Assembly: GCA_036172245.1 (NCBI GenBank)
Contig: JAYWIR010000003.1
Location: 3,844,001 to 3,908,000, forward strand
DNA from: Raillietiella orientalis
Lineage: Eukaryota
Direction of reading: 5' to 3'
Length of the DNA: 64,000 bases
The notes beneath the pieces are model-generated. The model saw nothing but the letters and a program-made list of their open reading frames with translations. It was not told the origin of the DNA and did no database searches. The first letter of the stretch is position 1. Every line of letters starts with the position of its first letter. A program made the translations under genes and the position numbers. This document shows, piece after piece, positions 35,701-46,392 of the stretch.

Positions 35701-38700
35701 AATTGGATCAGTTGACAAATAACTAATCACTGAGATTTTGTTTTGACTCGTCTTCGTGCTTCCATTCTCCGGTCGCTTCATCCTTCGCGAGTGCAACTGG
35801 AGAAACTCCGTTTTTCCATCTCTTGTTCATTTTCCTTCGAGTTCATCCCCAGAGCTGGCAACCTAGAAAGATGAGGGACCTGGTGGCTGGACCGGTGAAA
35901 TCAGAGAGGCGAGAGCGAGCATTCGCATCACATAAAAATACACAGAAATGAAGGAAATCGATTCTTGGCTTGTTGACGCCCTCTGTATCGAAAATCGTGA
36001 CCTGCCTCACATTTCTAAGTAGACTTGGGTGCTGTTGAGGCACAAAAGTCCCCGATCGCTGTTCTGTAGCTTTATCTTAATCACCTTCAGTGGGGCGAGC
36101 AGAAGTAGCGGGGAATGCCGAAGTAGAGGAGATGACAGTGGAAAGAGTTCTTTTTCCCATAGTGGCAGTTGCATGCACTGATGGCAGCACTTGCTTCCGG
36201 AGCGCCTCTCCTGAACTTTTACCATATGGGCGGATATCGGGCGACTGTTTCTTCCGCTTTCCATTCGAGGTTCTTTAGAATCCGTAAGACAAGCTCCGGG
36301 CATGTCAGTCCATCCATAAATTTTGCACCCATCTCTTAAGAATGTTTTCCCTGTTATCATTCTTAGTCTTGTTGCCGCTCCTTGTTCACTTGCTCTGATG
36401 CCACTCGGACGAACACTCCACATTCTGCTCATTGAGCGTGGATCGTTCAGCTTGCGAGCAACCTCTTTCAAGAGGATTCTCTCTCTTCGACGGCGTCCAT
36501 GTGGATTCTATTCAAGCGTGTCTTCTCAGCTGATTCAGAAAGTCCCCAGAAGTCGCTGGTGCCACGCCTGAGGATCTTTATGCCCATTTACACCGAGCCA
36601 AGGTGGGGACAACATTGGAGATAAGGATGCAATCTCCAAATCATTAGTCTCAGTCGATTTTGGACTTCGCTTCTCAGTGGGCGAGAGATTAGTGGGTTAG
36701 GAAAAGTCCACAGTGGTTGCCTCATGAGTTTGCAGTAGCAACGGTATTCTCAGCTACTCGCGAGGTTCGTCTCCAGGCGAGACGCTCCAGATAAAAAGAT
36801 TCTTGACCCATGAGGAACACTGCAACGAGCTGGTCTCGCTATTCACCTCAATGAAGCAGATTCACTTGAACGTGTCCAAAAGCGTACAGCTCACCGCCCG
36901 GACGTGCTGGAACGCTCCGGGTGAGGTTCTGAGGTACCATCACTGTTTTGGTAAAACAGCGTTTCCCCCCTCCTGAGCAGAGATCTTCTTTTAGTACGTG
37001 TACCACCGAAGCAGGTATGCGCGTTGAAGAAGCGTTTCTTCTGGTCATCATCACCGCGTTCGGGCCCGCACTGGGAACCGTCTCCAGAGCGTTCTGTGCG
37101 GGAAATGCTCTTTGGTCATGCAGCCTGGAAAGCCGGCAGGCACTTGGGCAAGCAGGGTTGAATCTTGGCAGCGGGCCTCCCTCCCGAATCGCTCGTCTTA
37201 CCATCTGAAGGGGCTGAGAATATGAGAAAATTTGGCTCCGTTGTTCGTTGGTTTCGGCCATCGCTTGCAGCCTGTCCTCTGTTCTTTCCTCTGCTTTCCA
37301 AGCTGTCTCAGAGATGGTGTGGAATTCTGAAGTGCTCAGAGACCGCGAAGTTTGCTAGCAATCTGGAGCTGAAGCCACCAGGTTCTTCAGATGAAGGCTG
37401 GATGACCGTCACTGTCCGCGATGCGCCCTGGGGCAAAAGTTCACGTTAGCTCCGACCGAGCAAAGCACGGAAGATGGAGGAAGTTCCGCGCGCTCTTTGT
37501 CGTTGCTTCAACGAAGATGGTGGAGGAAAGTGGGAATAGCGGATGATGGGATGCTGTTCGGCTTGCGTGACACGGAAGCGAGCATTCGGTATCTTCCCGA
37601 TTGTGCACCATTTTACGTTCCAAGCACAGTGTCGACACGAAAGGAACCGATTTGCATTCGTACTGAAAGCCGGAGCTCGTTCAGGAATGCCAGTTGCTGC
37701 ATCCCGTGCCTTTTTTTTTTCCAGCCTCCGAGACCCGTCGAATCGTGGGAACAAGTGTTCGATGCCAGCAGGGAAGGACCAGTGTGTCTCCATAAAGACC
37801 AGCTAACAGGTCGTCTGATTGGCACCGAGGACTGCCTGAAGTTAAATGTGTACACCCCTCTGGTAAGCTTCCTCTGCCCGTGCTTCCAAGAGACGCTGTC
37901 ATCTCCCAGGCTCCGAACGAGGATGGCAGGATCCAGGGAAGATTGCCGGTCCTCTTTTACGTACACGGTGGGTCGTTCACCGTGGGCAGCGGCTCCTCGT
38001 TGCTATACCACCCTGGCTATTTACTCGATCACGATATCATCTTGGTGACTATCAATTACAGACTTGGACTGTTTGGTATGTATTTTGATCTAGAAGGTTC
38101 CTCCCTGGCAGGGGATTTGTCAAAGGATTTGCCAGCACCGGGGATGCTCACAGTCCTGGAAACAATGGACTTCGTGACGTAATCATGGCGCTTCAGTGGG
38201 TCAATAAGTACATATCGTATTTCGGAGGGGACCCGCAAAGCGTGACCTTGTGTGGACAGAGCGCTGGTGGCACGATCGTGCATTTGCTCCTCATGTCGCC
38301 CTTGAGTCAAGGTATCCATAGCAGCGAGTTGCCTGGTAGCCGTTTCAGGATTGTTCCATAGGGTCATATCTCAAAGCGGGAGCGTCATGAGTCGGTCCCT
38401 GCAGTATTCCCTCGGCAGTTTGTCCAGGCTTTCTGTGCTCAGTCAAAGAATGCACTGCCCTACAAACTCCAGCCTGGATACGCTCAGATGCTTGAAACGA
38501 AGGCAGCCTCTGCAGCTTCTGGAGGAAGTCGAGAAGCTTTATGTGAGCTTTATGAGGAAGCTTTGCGATGGGGAATGGCATCTTCTTTTTTTTTCTCTCT
38601 CTCTTTTTAAGGAATGGGGATGCTTCCCGTATCCGTTCACTCCGCGAGTAGATAAGGAAGCGGAATTTCCTGTAATTCCCGACGATCCTTTGTCCTTGTT

Positions 38701-41700
38701 GCTCAGAGGAAACTTCTCCAGAGTGCCGTGGTTGTCCGGTTTGACCAGAAACGAAGGATATTTGTGGACAGCAACTCGTAATTATGTCAAAAACTCAGGC
38801 ACTTGTCTAAGAGATGGACGGTTTAGTCGAAGACAAGTTTTCTCAGCTTCTTCGGTCAACACCGAGTGATTTCGACAGCTTCTGCAAGATCGTGTTCGCT
38901 CTACCGGCAGGGGCACAGAACTGCACAGAGCTGCGAGACGCTTACCTCTCTCGCTGGGGGAAAGGGTTGGAACTGTTCTCCATAGGGGAGGTGAGGTGAA
39001 CTCTCGAAATTCCCAGCATGTCTCCCTGCAGTTCTTCGGGGATTCCTTCATGGTCACGCCGCTGCTGTATAGCCAGATCGTTCACTCGAAATTCAGTCCC
39101 GTGTTTTCCTACGTTCTGTCCTACAGAGGGCCTTACTCTGTCTCCGAACTTCTGGCGGAAGGACACGAACCAAAAGGTATTTTTCAGCTTGTAATTGGAC
39201 ATTCACCGGAAGCAGTGAGAGACCTTCGAGGTCCTCCTCCCTGGCTGATCCCAACCTACGTTCCGACACAACGTCCGCTCCTTCGTTTAACGTGCTGTAG
39301 ATACACTTTCCTGGAAGATGATTTATTCCTCATTCCCCTACCCCAGTGTCCAACGTCTTTTCGTACTCTTGAGCTGCCGACCGTTGCTTCGTGACCTGCT
39401 TCGCGGCCCGCGTTATTCGTAAGCGTGCGACGTGGCGATCCCGTTCTGTAATGGCGGGCTGATCCTGCTGAAGGACGCCTTCAGGGAGAACCAGAGGGGC
39501 ACAGCCCAGTTCTTTCTGCAGAATTCGACCGAGACTTACGCGGCAGAATCTTCGAACCGGGTGACCGTCGTTTGTAATGAGGTCGTGTTGGGGGGGGGCA
39601 GTCCTTCCACCGAAAGCTTTCAAGAAGCAACGGGCGTCAAGTGATCAGCAATTTGCCTTCAGCGATCTTTAGCTAGAGGTCCTAGTGTCTTCGCGATGTT
39701 TCGAGGAACAGTGCTTATCTTCTGTGTGTATGCCACTCTCCATCCGAAAGTGGTCCGATCGTCGCGAACGGTCAGCGCTTCGTCGTCCCTCGGGATGCAG
39801 GGATCGGATGCCAGTTCGGCACTTTTCATTGGTTTTTCGTTGGTGTTTCTTTGCAACGCCTGCGATTCTTGTCATGACTTTCTCGGGTCTAAGCGACAGA
39901 GCCACACGGTCCGCAGTGCCCTGTGGCTAGGGTCTCCGCGCGTTCTACTAAGCGTTGCGGGTTCGAATCCCCACGTGGAGGATCGACGCCGAGAAATGGG
40001 AGGTGCGTCATGGGTTTCAAGCCCCCTCCCGCAAAATGACGCCGACTGGCCTGTTCGGGTGCGGCAGTGGTGGAAGCCGAAAATCCCCGTTGACTGGCCG
40101 AGATTTGGAAACTGACCCTCCGGGGTGCTTCCAGGAAACGAGGAACCCTTCGGAGTTCCCCTCCAGTTGTGAAAATGGGGCCCTCCATCGAGTACCATGG
40201 AGCTAGCGGATTGATGCTGTCTCTCCAGAGCATCAAGAAGTGCGCTGCTTCCTTTGGGGAGCGACCCTTGAGGGAAAATTGGGAAGCATCCCTTCGGGAT
40301 GCTCTTCAGGGGAGGAAACCAGGAAAGGTCTCTCTGGAGAGAATAAGGGAGAAGTTGTTCCCTTCTTGGTTCTCTCCCAAGAGTAAAGAAGGAACGGAAT
40401 GGAATCCTTCCTCTGGAGCCTTCCTGGACTTATAGGGTGGTCCCCTGCCTGGGTCTACCCCCTAACTTGAAGAATCACACGTACCCTCGGATGGACCACT
40501 GTCCACTCCATCAGGATTAAAGGGCTTCGTGATCCCCCCTGAGGCGAGCGGTTTCTTCGGTACTTAGCAAACCAAAAAAAAGAGAAAAAAATGCGATAGT
40601 GAGAGGGCGGCCCCATTCTGCGCGAGAATCCAGACTGAGGGTGCTGTCTTAGGGTTCGTGCCGAAGACTCTTGTACGAACCCGCCGCTAGTTCGTAAACA
40701 GCTTGGCAATTCCTCTGCAGTTCCTCAGGAGTCTCCGTCCCCCGGAGGATTTAGCGCCAGGAAAGCAATGAGAATTTTGCGAGTGCCTACTGAGTGGCGG
40801 CTCAGCGTGCTCAAGTAGGAAGGAACGGAACTCATTCTTGAGCCCTTTCGCCCTTTGCACCCTCTTGTCTAAATGTGCGCGGGAGGGTGTTCGCCGACGT
40901 GTCTGGCGGAAGCAAAGACGCTACTTTCCTATGTTGGCTTGGAAACTCTGGTTCTTCGGCTCTTTGCTTGGTTATTTTTTTTTTTTCGTTTTTTCGGGGC
41001 GGCTGGGGGGGGGGGGGGTCAAAGAATTGCGTGTGTGGGTGTTTTCGTTTTCTCTCCGTACTCCAAGAGGTATGCACCGTATTGACGCGTAGGACACCGC
41101 ACAAGGGAAAGCAGAGTTTCCCGAAAGCGAGTTGTCTTTCCAGAGACGGGACGTAACTGGGGTTGCCGGATGCGACGGGGGGCGCCCAATCAGCATCCCA
41201 CTTGCAGAACCACGAGCGCGAAGCTGCCATTTTGGCTGGAAGATTTCTCGCATCTCCTCTGCGTTTTTTTTTTTTTTTTTGGAAAGGCCCTCGCCTGTTC
41301 GGCGTTTCTCTTCTTCCCTGACGTTCTCCAGGTGGACAGACGTCGCCGTCGCCGCGCTTCGAACTTCCTGTTGGATACCAGAATTCGCGTTCTGCCTGTC
41401 CTCTGGATCCTTTTTTGCCAGAGGCTCCTTCCTCAGCCACACGAACCCCTCCGTTCTGCGTTCGGCTCGCTTTCTCCGTGCCGCGCGCGGGCTCTTCTGC
41501 GCCGCGGCAGGGCGCACCGTTTCATCTATCCAGGACTCGCGTCTCGTCTGCTGGAGGAAGCCCTGCCCGCGCGCATCGCTGTTTGAGACACCAGCCGGGA
41601 GCTCCCATCCGTGGAGCTCTTCGGAGTCCACCTCTTCGTCTGGGTCGCCGGCGTTATTCCTCCCGTCTCTAACGATGCATGATTACAAGCTTGCCTGCCA

Positions 41701-42282
41701 TCGGATACCTCCAGGTGCTCTGAAACCTCGATGAGAACCGTCCGCGGACCAGTGGCAGTCAAAAGAAAGTGTCCTTGAAAGATGAACCGTTTACTCACCG
41801 CTCTTTAATTCCCCTTGCTTTTGCTGTTTTTTTTTTAATTTTCTTCTTTTTTTGCTTCCAGCAGGAGTGGGTCACGGAGATGAACTCCTCTATTTGTTCG
41901 GACCCAACTACGTCTTCGCTCCCATGAAGTCCGGCGACGAAGCGTTCAGATACGTGAGATACTTCACGCGCTTCTGGAGCAATTTCGCTCGATTCGGGTT
42001 AGGCTCGATGTGTTTTTTTTTTCTGGGGGAGGGGGGGGGGGGGGTTTGAGCTTACACATTGAGCAAAATGGACAGTTTGTCATATCCTCATCCTTTTTCT
42101 GAATCTGTTTTAGGAATCCATCTATAAATGGCTCCATTCCATGGCCATTATTCGACCCCCAAAATAGGTCGTACCTTGACATTGGGATGCAGATGAAGAT
42201 TAAAAAGCTTTTCAAGAGAGGAGCAGTGGACAAGTGGATTAAATTTTATCAGTGGCCCTCAGTTGAAGACTCATTTAGATGA
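23730..42282 (+). CDS. Type-B carboxylesterase (JHE/venom-esterase-like), paralog 1, 10 exons, ~559 aa
   Basis: Exons 23730-23948, 37725-37862, 37910-38075, 38126-38311, 38349-38542, 38612-38777, 38827-38990, 39032-39176, 41865-41997, 42114-42282 join in frame. Motifs FRGVPYASPP.GEFRF, EDCLKLNVYTP, HGGSF, NYRLG, GQSAG (Ser), NEG (Glu), GHGDE (His). Hydrophobic N-terminus; AATAAA at 42285. Linking exon 1 across the 13.8-kb intron is inferred. Confidence 0.9.
26182..27405 (+). mobile_element. tRNA-derived SINE, copy B, interrupted by an inverted LINE 3' end
   Basis: Head 26182-~26354 (gtggccaggg...gggttcgaatcc). Body resumes at ~26905 and matches copies A and C (ccggttgtgaaaa.ggggcc, cccaagcgtaa.aggaacggact). 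Confidence 0.7.
26355..26900 (-). mobile_element. 3' end of the Tx1/L1-like LINE family nested in SINE copy B
   Basis: Reverse complement ends aaataaacgccccggagtgaccgggtg, matching the termini at ~43777-43802 and ~62820-62845. T-rich 3' UTR-like stretch. 5' boundary approximate. Confidence 0.5.
30450..31300 (-). mobile_element. Decayed Ty3/gypsy RT-RNase H remnant
   Basis: Minus strand SYIDDIIV at ~31045-31070, then LTAPSTVL...PRTLTSKEEEY (~SRTLTxAExNY) and FASDCKTL (~TDHKPL). Confidence 0.55.
33000..35060 (+). mobile_element. Decayed Ty3/gypsy RT-RNase H remnant interrupted by SINE copy D
   Basis: GDELHSSQIEKALWRIGESGLNSN (~EEH...L..VL.RL...GL.LN) at ~33090; VADAL and IFTTNRSL-like RNase H motifs near 34900-35040. 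Confidence 0.3.
33575..33975 (-). mobile_element. tRNA-derived SINE, copy D (3' part with A tail)
   Basis: Reverse complement matches the 3' body and tail of copies A and C (ccttcctggattcataaggtg, ggcgaacggttcttcggcacttggcaaac + A-rich tail). Confidence 0.65.
39908..40591 (+). mobile_element. tRNA-derived SINE, copy C (near full length), in carboxylesterase 1 intron 8
   Basis: A-box-like gtggctaggg, B box gggttcgaatcc, body collinear with copy A, tail caaaaaaaagagaaaaaaa. Confidence 0.72.
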
Positions 42283-42417
42283 TGAATAAAATTTCTGCTT
42301 GTCCAACCATGCATGTAAATGCTTTCTGCTGAAAAGGATCTTAGTTTTACTCTCTTAGCATTTGTGTACCTACCCACTCCCTCCCAAGATGATGGTTATC
42401 TTGTCGTTACTTTTGTT

Positions 42418-43361
42418 GGGTTCCGCCCAAAATCCCGAACGCCGAACTTCCGAAAGCTCGTTTTAAAAAAGTATGTGTAAAATATACATCATTATGTATA
42501 TTAATGTGTATATTTATATATAGATTAACATACAAATATATTTTAACATACATTTACTAATATTTCTTAACATACACATTATTAATATACTTAATATATT
42601 CTTATTTCTGTGTTAAATATTATAAAATATATGCTTATTATGCATATTAATATATATATTGATATACAGATTAATCTACAAACTTTTTCTAGCATACATA
42701 TTTCTCAACATCAGTATATGATTAATATATGCATTAATGATTATGAAAAATAAATAAATGTTTCTTATACATATCTTAATATGTATTTCTATATGTAATA
42801 ACTATGCAGTGAATGAGTACATGAATATCGAATTATAAAAAATAAAAAAAGTTGGTAACAGTGAAAGATGGTGGACGGAAAAGAATGAAGAAATTTTGCA
42901 TTTCATTTTTCTGCATCATGCCCAACACTTAATAATGACAATTTCTTGGCAAATGGCGAATTCTATTTTCGGAATTTTGATCGTTTGATAAGTATGTATG
43001 TTTCTAAGTCGATATTTATGTATTCAGTTCAGCATGTACCAAGTGTTTTTTCTTTGTAATCTTTATTATATATATATATATATATATATCATCCACATTC
43101 TGAAAGATCATAAATACTAAACGTACAGGTTAATTATATACATTAACATATATGTATTTATGCCTAGAATAATATATATTACGAAGATCGTAATGCAGCA
43201 TGCACATATAATATTAAGATCTTATTAATACATATATATATATATATTATCAGCATGCATTATGATCTCCGTAATATATATTAATCTATATACAAATACA
43301 TATATGTTAATGTATATAATTAACCTGTACGTTTAGTATTTATGATCTTTCAGAATGTGGA

Positions 43362-43397
<36 letters not shown>

Positions 43398-43455
43398 AAG
43401 ATTATAAAGAAAAAACACTTGGTACATGCTGAACTGAATACATAAATATCGACTT
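42418..43455. mobile_element. AT-rich Mutator-like TIR element (copy 3); right end replaced by a fold-back
   Basis: Left end gggttccgcccaaaatcccgaac; internal homology to ~1000-1500. Ends in a long inverted repeat instead of the right TIR. Confidence 0.6.
43006..43455. repeat. ~450-bp near-perfect inverted repeat (arms ~190 bp, containing (AT)n)
   Basis: aagtcgatatttatgtattcagttcagcatgtaccaagtg... at 43006 is the reverse complement of ...cacttggtacatgctgaactgaatacataaatatcgactt ending at 43455. Confidence 0.92.
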
Positions 43456-43678
43456 GTGATCAGGGCGGATTCGTGCTCCACCCCTGCAATTGAGTTACAT
43501 AAGCATGACGCTTATGTAACTCAATTGACCGAGCTGTTCCACGGCATGCATCTCACGTACCGCGCGGCCAAGTGAAGGGTCGTTTGGGGTAGGGCTGGAA
43601 ATTCATACTGAAGGGGCCCCGTGACAAGCGCCTCATGCTGTGCGGTCGCAAGTGGACAGCCATGACACCGACTGCTCC

Positions 43679-43806
43679 TCCGGACTTTCGGCATACCGAC
43701 CTGCGTGTCGGGGATCCCACCCCCTTCGTCTCTTGTTTTTCCCTTTGTCCAGGAACTCTGTTCCCGGATAGTTTTTAATAAACGCCCTGCCGCACCCGGG
43801 TGATAA
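43679..43806 (+). mobile_element. 128-bp 5'-truncated copy of the Tx1/L1-like LINE 3' end with a 14-bp TSD
   Basis: Direct repeat acaccgactgctcc at 43665-43678 and 43807-43820. Insert cctttgtccaggaactctgttcccggatagttt..aataaacg matches ~62783-62827. Confidence 0.75.
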
Positions 43807-44349
43807 ACACCGACTGCTCCCTGAGCCGCTCAAAAAAGAATCCGGTACATTAGAACGGCTCCGTAATTTTTGGATCCTTGGGTGACTCCATGCTGGGTAG
43901 AGTCAGGGGGAGACCGTCGCCGCTACCACTGACGCGCCCCATCTTCTGAAATAGTCTTTCTCGCGGAGACATTTTATGAGATCGGTGGTTCGCTCTTGCT
44001 CATTCACCATTTCGTTCCCCAAACCGATCTTTTCGCCCTCGTAGTGAAGCGCCCGTCGCTCAGTTCTCTCGTAGTTCTCTCGTCTTTCTTGCGTTCACGC
44101 ATTAATTGGCCACATCTCTAATCGCCTGCCTTCCTCCCGCATCGGATTCGATGCAGCAACAGAAAACAGACCTGACTGACTGTTCGTGGATAATCCATCG
44201 AGTCTCGACGGACTGCCCACGATTCAAGGCGTTGGCTGGAGATTCCGTCAGCCGCTCCATAAACAGGCCGTTCCGAGGATGCTCTTCAGGCTTGTGATGG
44301 AGCGTTGTTTTGGTCCATGACCTCTTTCTTGCGCCTTCCGAAGTGAAGC

Positions 44350-45300
44350 GTTTCGCGTGAACCCCGGTTTCAGCTCTTGCACTGCGGTGCCTGAATCCCT
44401 TACCGATCCTTCCGTCGTTCTTGGAGGCGATGCTTCCGAATCGAATGCTTCATTACCCCCTTGTGCCGCCGACCTGCAAGTCCTGAGGTCAGTGCCCGTT
44501 TTCCTCAGGGGTTCCGCAATGGATATTTCTGCTGGTGTTTTCCTTGAGCAGCCGAGTAATCGAAACCTGTCCGAGAAATTCTGCCTTTGCTTTCGCCTGC
44601 AAGAAGACGGACAGGAAAATACCTTTTTTTTCCTGAGGCTGTCCATCAGAAACTAATTGACTGCAGCTCTGGCGGCAAACAGCACCCGGAGCTGAGCCCC
44701 ACTATCACTCTCATGGAGCAAAGAAGGAAGCATAGGAGTGCATCCGGAGACGGAGGGAAATCGCATGGAAATCCCAGATGGACTTCAGTTTTTGTCTGCT
44801 CTCAATCGAGCTCCCGTTTTTTCATGACTCGCCTCCTCTCTTTTGAGAACTCTCTCTCTAGAACGGAGCTGTAGACAAGGACACCATTGCTGCTAGGATT
44901 TCCCAAATGTTCCTTAGCCCCACTGGTGGTCGCAATTTGCGAAATTAGCATCCGTACACGTGCTTCGAGCCCAGGTTCTTAAAACTGCTAAGAAAGCGTT
45001 TCAGGAAACGCCTTGTGGTGCGCTAAAGAAGTTCTGCCGCCCACAAATCACCCCTGTTTTTCGTTGGCTGGAAGTGGCAAGCGCATGCTCCCTCAACAGG
45101 GATCGAAGCCCTCTTTGCCGATGCCTCGCTTGGCGAGGGAGCAAGCAAGGGCCACCGTCTCCATCTTCTCTAAGAGAGTGCTCGAGGCGTGTGAGCGTGG
45201 CCCCCGCCCGAAGATCGTTTCTTTTTTTTTTTTTTGGCGTCTTAAAGGCTCACATGTAATCGGAGAGACCACCTGGATTCGGGTCGGAAGAAGTCCCCTG
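44350..45300 (+). mobile_element. Decayed Penelope-like element (RT + GIY-YIG)
   Basis: In order: VPESLTDPSV, GSAMDISAGVFLE, FRLQEDGQENTFFFLRLSI (~E.E.DG.LPFLDV.I), EL....LLLGFPK (~L..NGYP), HVIGETT (~YIGET). Confidence 0.45.
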
Positions 45301-46199
45301 GGAAAAGGTCTCTCGTTCCGTGTGTGCCGCTGGTTTCCGAACACTTCACCGGTCCCCGAGTCACTTTTACTACCCGCATGAATCGATCAAGCGGCGATCC
45401 CATGTTCCATCGCGTCACCGCGTTGCGAAGCATCGCGTCCTCTGTGCTCGACGTGATTGCAAGAACCGACGGCATCATTTGAGACACCGTCATGGTCACG
45501 CCGCGGTCAGCGAGCAAAGGTGAGCGTGAGAAATTCCTCTTCTTCCTGACTGCGATCGATTTTTTTTTTATAGCGTTGGATAAGAGCCGCATCTCTCTTC
45601 TGTTATCCATGAGCATTAGGAGAACCAGCGTTGCTGGGCAGGGCTGTGTCCCCCCCCCCCTTGCGAGAGGCGCGGTGCTTCCCATGGAAAAAACGCCTTC
45701 TCTTCGTTCGTGAAAGGAAGACAAAAAAAACTGAAGCAAAAAAAGCTGTGCCTGTCCATCGATTCCAGAATTTGGCACATTCCTTAATAAGTTCGCCGCA
45801 GAGGTGCTGCAGAAGATGAGACGAGAACCTGCCATCCCTATTTCCCGGTGAAAGGTAGTGGTTGCTCTTCGGCTGCAACGGCAGCTCTCCATCGAGACCC
45901 TCGTCTTCCCGTCCGGCGAAGGAGCAGCCTTTTTCGGTGAAGCGCCCGTCACCTGGAACTGCAGCTGTCTTCCGAGGATCTTCGGGAAGAACCAAGCTCT
46001 CTCTGCTGGCCCAAGAGTTCCTTGAAGTCGGTTTCGGTCCGACGGCAGCTGTTTTGTCGGCGGGACGACTTCCATCCCAAGGGAAGACCTTCGAAGATTC
46101 CAAAACGGCAGAGAGCGGGAAGGGTAGCTGCGCCTTCCTCTAATGTATAAGAACTGCGTCCGTCCAAAGCTTTCAGACAGTTCTAAAGATTGAGTAGGA

Positions 46200-46392
46200 G
46201 GGGCTCGGGAAATCCTAGATACTCTCCCATCAAGGAGACGGTGGCGCCACCAGACCCACCTCCTTCGGTTTACTTTCCATCTCTTCCATCTCACCGGCCA
46301 ATGACGAAAGCGAGTGTTCGCGAGCGTCAGGGGTGCCAAAACGGCACCAGCGTCTCAGCGGCTGCTGCTCCGGTAGCAACCCCTCAAACATG
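46200..46392 (+). repeat. Dispersed repeat; inverted partner of 52120-52310
   Basis: gggctcgggaaatcctagatactctcccatc...gagcgtcaggggtgccaaaacggcaccagcgtctcag is the reverse complement of 52120-52310, with scattered mismatches. Confidence 0.8.

Noticed and set aside
36007..36471. Possible LINE RT remnant (NSRPISAHMVKVQER)
   Set aside because: One short motif only; flanking RT motifs are not convincing.
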